From the IMG/VR virus record IMGVR_UViG_3300032222_000250: DNA of 20,000 bases; one strand, written 5' to 3'. This document shows, in pieces, positions 16,672 through 20,000 of this stretch. This stretch comes from an uncultured virus (IMG/VR IMGVR_UViG_3300032222_000250) (lineage: Duplodnaviria > Heunggongvirae > Uroviricota > Caudoviricetes). Within the stretch, counting starts at the first letter, position 1. Every line of letters begins with the position of its first letter. The notes beneath the pieces were generated by a model that ran no database searches, was not told the DNA's origin, and worked only from the letters and a program-made list of their open reading frames with translations. Both the position numbers and the translations under genes were made by a program.

Positions 16672-17460
16672 GCCAACTTCACCCCCTTAAATGAAGTTTG
16701 GTTTGTATCTTCGGCGGTTTAGCGTCGATTAAGATAACCCCGGTAACGGGACTATAGGGAGGAAAAGTTTCAACGGCTTAATACTTCGGTGTCACGAAAG
16801 TGGCTCACAACTAAACAAATTACCTACAGATAAATTCTCATGGGCGACAGCTGAGAGAAAGTATCTATTCTGACTACGTGAGTGTCAGGGTTGAGATGGA
16901 GACATCAATAGGAATAGGTAAAGGTGATGGTTCGACTCAGACGCCAATCTGATGTAGGGCTAGGTACCAGTTTATCATAGGTGTCCAAAGAGCAATCTAA
17001 CGACATCAAGATAAATCGTAGTCTTGGCGGATTACAGAAGGTTGAGTGGTATTTCCTTCTTCAAAAGAGAAGCTAGCCACCTCAGAGCTCAACCTTCATA
17101 GACTCACAATGTTGAATTCTCGTTGATAGAAGAATCAAGATAAAAAGGAGAAGTCTCTGAGCGATTGAACTGAAAGTCACCTAATTCCTTGGGTAGAAAT
17201 ACCAACGAGGAAATTGACAGGACCCCAAGTCCTTCAGTTTTGACTAAGAAAGTCCTAGTACCTGGGCACGGGTTTAGAGAGTCCGCAAGATTCTATAGAG
17301 GCAAGTAGTAGTTGAGTAGGTTTAATCGAAACGTGTGATTGTCGTAAACAATCGGTGATGACTTGATACTTGTGGCAACACGAGTGGACACGAGAGGAAA
17401 CCTTGGTCGGTATAATCTCTACAAAAGACAGGTCAACGAAACATGTAGTCTCAATGTTTT
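16672..17460 (+). ncRNA. Large structured non-coding RNA (~800 nt), GOLLD-like candidate
   Basis: No ORF of 60 aa or more on either strand; GC visibly above the flanks; many GNRA/UUCG-capped hairpins on the + strand; long-range 10-bp helix 17037-17046/17088-17097; bounded by a promoter and a terminator. The family assignment rests on size, context and recalled motifs only. Confidence 0.8.
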
Positions 17461-17494
17461 AGCCAACCTCACATAGGATAGTATCCTATGTCCG

Positions 17495-17529
17495 ACCCCG
17501 AATGAGAAATTGTTCGGGGTTTCTTGTTT
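17495..17529 (+). terminator. Rho-independent terminator of the ncRNA transcript
   Basis: ACCCCGAATGA-GAAA-TTGTTCGGGGT then TTCTTGTTT; preceded by the palindrome ACATAGGATA-G-TATCCTATGT (17471-17491). Confidence 0.8.
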
Positions 17530-17554
17530 ATATGGATTTTTATTACTATATTTG
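17523..17554 (+). promoter_or_regulatory. Bacteroidetes-type promoter (CTTG-N20-TATATTTG)
   Basis: TATATTTG 17547-17554, ATG 4 nt later. Confidence 0.68.
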
Positions 17555-17558
17555 ACTT

Positions 17559-18128
17559 ATGAAAGAACAAGATGTGGTAATCGATTATAAACAAATTGCT
17601 GAAAATCGAGCAAAAAATAAAAACCAAGTCGAAGATGGTTTATGTTTTGATAATTTTTTGGCAGCATGTTATGTTAAATGTTCATCACAATCTTATGGTC
17701 CAAAAATTGAAAAACGGATTATTGATGAATATGGGTTTGAAAAAATACCATCTAAAAAAGGTGAAGGAGATTTGTTATCGTCAAAAATAACTTCATTTCC
17801 GGGTTTTAATTTTGGAGAAGGAAAAAAAACAGAATTAAAAGTTTCGTATTTGTCATCAAACAAATCGTGGAATTTAATTCAAATTAGACCATATGAAAAT
17901 TTTGATTTTTATGTTTTTTTACTTATAAATCCTTATGATGGTTGTAAATTTGAATGGTTCATTCTTAAAAAAGAAGACGTAAACCATAATAATTTTAAGA
18001 TGAATTCAATTCACGGAACAAAAAAGAGTAATTTAGAAAATAAAAACATTGAGTATAAAATAAATGCTACAATTGGTAGTGATAATTATAATAAACTAAA
18101 AGAACTTAATTTAATTAAAAATGTATAA
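17559..18128 (+). CDS. Putative type II restriction endonuclease (PD-(D/E)XK fold)
   Basis: 'GPKIEKRI...GEGDLL...TELKVS...QIRP' fits an E...D...ExK nuclease pattern; overlaps an MTase by 8 bp. Confidence 0.6.
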   Translation: MKEQDVVIDYKQIAENRAKNKNQVEDGLCFDNFLAACYVKCSSQSYGPKIEKRIIDEYGFEKIPSKKGEGDLLSSKITSFPGFNFGEGKKTELKVSYLSSNKSWNLIQIRPYENFDFYVFLLINPYDGCKFEWFILKKEDVNHNNFKMNSIHGTKKSNLENKNIEYKINATIGSDNYNKLKELNLIKNV

Positions 18129-18903
18129 CGTATTAAATGTAAATTTTTTTGACGAAATAAAAAATGTTGAAAGTGACTCTATAGATTTAATTTTGACCGA
18201 CCCACCATATGGTATATCGCACAGTGATGGTTTTATAAAACAGTCTAAAAATAGTAAAGCAAAGACCCACACAATTATTGGGGATAATCCAAATGATTTA
18301 GATTGGGACATTATTTTATCAGAATTTTATAGAGTGTTAAAACCAAATAAAATGTGTTATATTTTTGGAAGAACTGATATGTTTATAAGAATTGGTCAAA
18401 ACATAATCAATTCAAAACTTAAATATTGTCATGATTTTATTTGGAGAAAGGGTGATATGAATTATGGTAACTTAGGTATTATGGGTAATATACATGAAAT
18501 GTGTATAGGTCTTGCTAAAGGTAATCCTGAAAAATCCAGACCTTTATTGATAAATGGTGAAGAAAAAAAAAGATATAAAGCAGAATATTCTGGTAAAGTT
18601 TCAAGTAAAGAGTATTATGGACATCCTACCCAAAAACCAATCGGACTATTAAGTTATATAATATTGGGTAGAACTGATGTTGGTGATTTAATATTTGACC
18701 CATTTGTTGGTGCTGGGTCTACAAATATTGCTTGTGAGATAACAGGACGAAATTCATTATCATTTGAATTAGACCAAACATTTTATGATTTGACATTGAA
18801 ACGAATAAATGATGAGGAACACATGAAGATGTGTAGAAAACAAATTGAAGGTGGTTTGGTATATTCTGAGTGTGGTTTATTATCGTTTAATAAATTTGTG
18901 TAA
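18121..18903 (+). CDS. DNA methyltransferase, N6-A/N4-C family, beta class
   Basis: LILTDPPY, HPTQKP and IFDPFVGAGS motifs. Confidence 0.92.
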   Translation: MYNVLNVNFFDEIKNVESDSIDLILTDPPYGISHSDGFIKQSKNSKAKTHTIIGDNPNDLDWDIILSEFYRVLKPNKMCYIFGRTDMFIRIGQNIINSKLKYCHDFIWRKGDMNYGNLGIMGNIHEMCIGLAKGNPEKSRPLLINGEEKKRYKAEYSGKVSSKEYYGHPTQKPIGLLSYIILGRTDVGDLIFDPFVGAGSTNIACEITGRNSLSFELDQTFYDLTLKRINDEEHMKMCRKQIEGGLVYSECGLLSFNKFV

Positions 18904-18913
18904 ATGATTATAT

Positions 18914-18941
18914 AACCCCAATCACAAGTTGGGGTTTTTTT
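18914..18941 (+). terminator. Rho-independent terminator
   Basis: AACCCCAA-TCACAAG-TTGGGGTT plus T-run. Confidence 0.82.
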
Positions 18942-18943
18942 AA

Positions 18944-18951
18944 TATATTTG
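18944..18951 (+). promoter_or_regulatory. Bacteroidetes-type -7 element TATATTTG
   Basis: ATG 18956 lies 4 nt downstream; no clear -33 box at consensus spacing. Confidence 0.55.
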
Positions 18952-18955
18952 TATC

Positions 18956-19480
18956 ATGGACTTATCATATAAAGAAAAAGGTAAAGATGTAAGACATAGT
19001 CCTTTAAAACATTATGTTACGGGTGATGGAACGTCAGTTGCCATCTATCAAGGTTTTCGTGGGGAAAATCCTGATTTAGATTTTATTGTTAAATACAAAA
19101 CGCCAGGTCAAAGATTACGAACACCAAGTCACACACATTGGATTGTGGACTTATTGGTTAAGTGTGAATACAGTAAGCAAATTGTTGGTGAGTATGTTCA
19201 AACTATGTTGGACTATTATGATAGTACTGAACCATTTAGTACTGTTGAAGAAAGAAACAATTACGAGTTATCTTTATACCCAACTTTTGATTATGATAGT
19301 TTGAACCAACATGGGTATTATTCTGTTGAAACATTAACGGCATTTATTGAGTTGTTTACCAAATGTGAAAAACAAACCACAGATGCGTTTATGTTTAAGA
19401 CGTTACTTGAATTGGTAAAAGATTATTGTGACGGTAAGAAAGATTTTTATCAGGTAGTTGGATATTCAAAGAGAGTTTAG
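18956..19480 (+). CDS. Hypothetical protein (RTPSHTHW motif)
   Basis: 174 aa ORF with its own promoter element. Confidence 0.8.
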   Translation: MDLSYKEKGKDVRHSPLKHYVTGDGTSVAIYQGFRGENPDLDFIVKYKTPGQRLRTPSHTHWIVDLLVKCEYSKQIVGEYVQTMLDYYDSTEPFSTVEERNNYELSLYPTFDYDSLNQHGYYSVETLTAFIELFTKCEKQTTDAFMFKTLLELVKDYCDGKKDFYQVVGYSKRV

Positions 19481-19488
19481 TATCTTTG
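19457..19488 (+). promoter_or_regulatory. Bacteroidetes-type promoter (GTTG-N20-TATCTTTG)
   Basis: GTTG 19457-19460, TATCTTTG 19481-19488, ATG 19493. Confidence 0.7.
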
Positions 19489-19492
19489 TGAT

Positions 19493-20000
19493 ATGAAATT
19501 CCCAATGGCCATATTAGATGACTACACAAAAAGGGGTTTGTTGTTCAAACAGACACACCGTAGTTTGCCATTATCCATATGGAACTATACACCGAACGTT
19601 CAGTACGGTGACTTGTGGGACGATGTTACATTGTCATGTCGTGGATTGGTTACAGATAACAGAGGTAATGTAATTGCCCGACCATTCAAAAAGTTCTTCA
19701 ACATAGAGGAGAACAAACACGTACCAACATCTGACTTTGAGGTCTTTGAAAAGATGGACGGTTCTTTGGGAATCATGTTCAAGTACAATGGTGAGATGAT
19801 ATGTGCCACTCGTGGTTCATTTACTTCAGACCAATCAAAGTGGATGACCGACTTTGCTATGAAGTACAACTACCAAGACATCATTGTTGAAGGGTACACT
19901 TATTTGTTTGAGATAATCTATCCTGAGAATAGAATCGTGGTTGATTACAACGGTGAGGAGCGTTTGGTATTACTTGGTATAATCAACACTGAGACTGGTG
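19493..20000 (+). CDS. T4 Rnl1-like RNA ligase (3' truncated); not in the ORF track
   Basis: Manual translation MKFPMAILDD...IWNYT...CRGLV...IARPFKKFFN...FEKMDGSLG...ATRGSF...YLFEIIYPENRIVVDY. KxDGS is nucleotidyltransferase motif I. Confidence 0.9.
   Translation, partial: MKFPMAILDDYTKRGLLFKQTHRSLPLSIWNYTPNVQYGDLWDDVTLSCRGLVTDNRGNVIARPFKKFFNIEENKHVPTSDFEVFEKMDGSLGIMFKYNGEMICATRGSFTSDQSKWMTDFAMKYNYQDIIVEGYTYLFEIIYPENRIVVDYNGEERLVLLGIINTETG

Noticed and set aside
16635..17491. CRISPR array, tRNA cluster or rRNA as the explanation for the non-coding region
   Set aside because: No equally spaced direct repeats. No cloverleaf found around GGTTCGACTC (16929-16938). No recognisable 16S/23S/5S conserved blocks.
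16635..17491. Group I/II intron, tmRNA or RNase P RNA
   Set aside because: The flanking genes are intact and the region has its own promoter and terminator. I could not find domain V, tmRNA termini or the RNase P GAGGAAAGUCC motif (GAGGAAACC at 17394 is only partial). Not formally excluded without cmscan.
17471..17491. Perfect 21-bp palindrome as a mobile-element end or att site
   Set aside because: No second copy, transposase or integrase in the window; more simply a 3' hairpin of the RNA or a protein-binding site.
443..19869. Short overlapping or antisense ORFs in the track (e.g. 443-640, 883-1122, 11338-11634, 13891-14238, 16253-16579, 19600-19869)
   Set aside because: They lie within better-supported genes and have no motifs or expression signals; treated as shadow ORFs.
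1..20000. Alternative genetic code (stop codon reassignment)
   Set aside because: Genes are full length under code 11, and TAA, TGA and TAG each end genes at sensible positions.

Overview
AT-rich, gene-dense window that reads as part of a large (jumbo-type) tailed phage genome. The host is probably Bacteroidota, because Bacteroidetes-type promoters (TTG-N19/20-TAnnTTTG) recur and Shine-Dalgarno sites are scarce. Standard genetic code. Coding content: three DNA methyltransferases (one coupled to a putative PD-(D/E)XK restriction endonuclease), two paralogous 'YG..T[KR]WCT' domain proteins (one with LRRs), a PcfJ-like protein, thioredoxin, glutaredoxin, guanylate kinase-like kinase, DUF2452, a pre-toxin-TG-like protein coupled to a DHH phosphoesterase, a membrane-anchored lytic transglycosylase, DUF192, a NUDIX hydrolase, a T4 Rnl1-like RNA ligase (truncated), and three small ORFs missed by the track. 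The main signal is an ORF-free, more GC-rich, densely structured ~800 nt region (about 16635-17490). It looks like a giant non-coding RNA (GOLLD-like by size and context), with its own promoter, an rRNA-operon-style boxB/boxA antitermination leader and a terminator. Also notable: a protein resembling a catalytically dead, internally deleted SAM synthetase (MetK); five apparently leaderless genes with a fixed TAnnTTTG-N4-ATG layout; and a second promoter class (TATTTAT) linked to proteins with N-terminal (I/L)xE motifs. All family calls come from motif recognition by eye; no searches were run.
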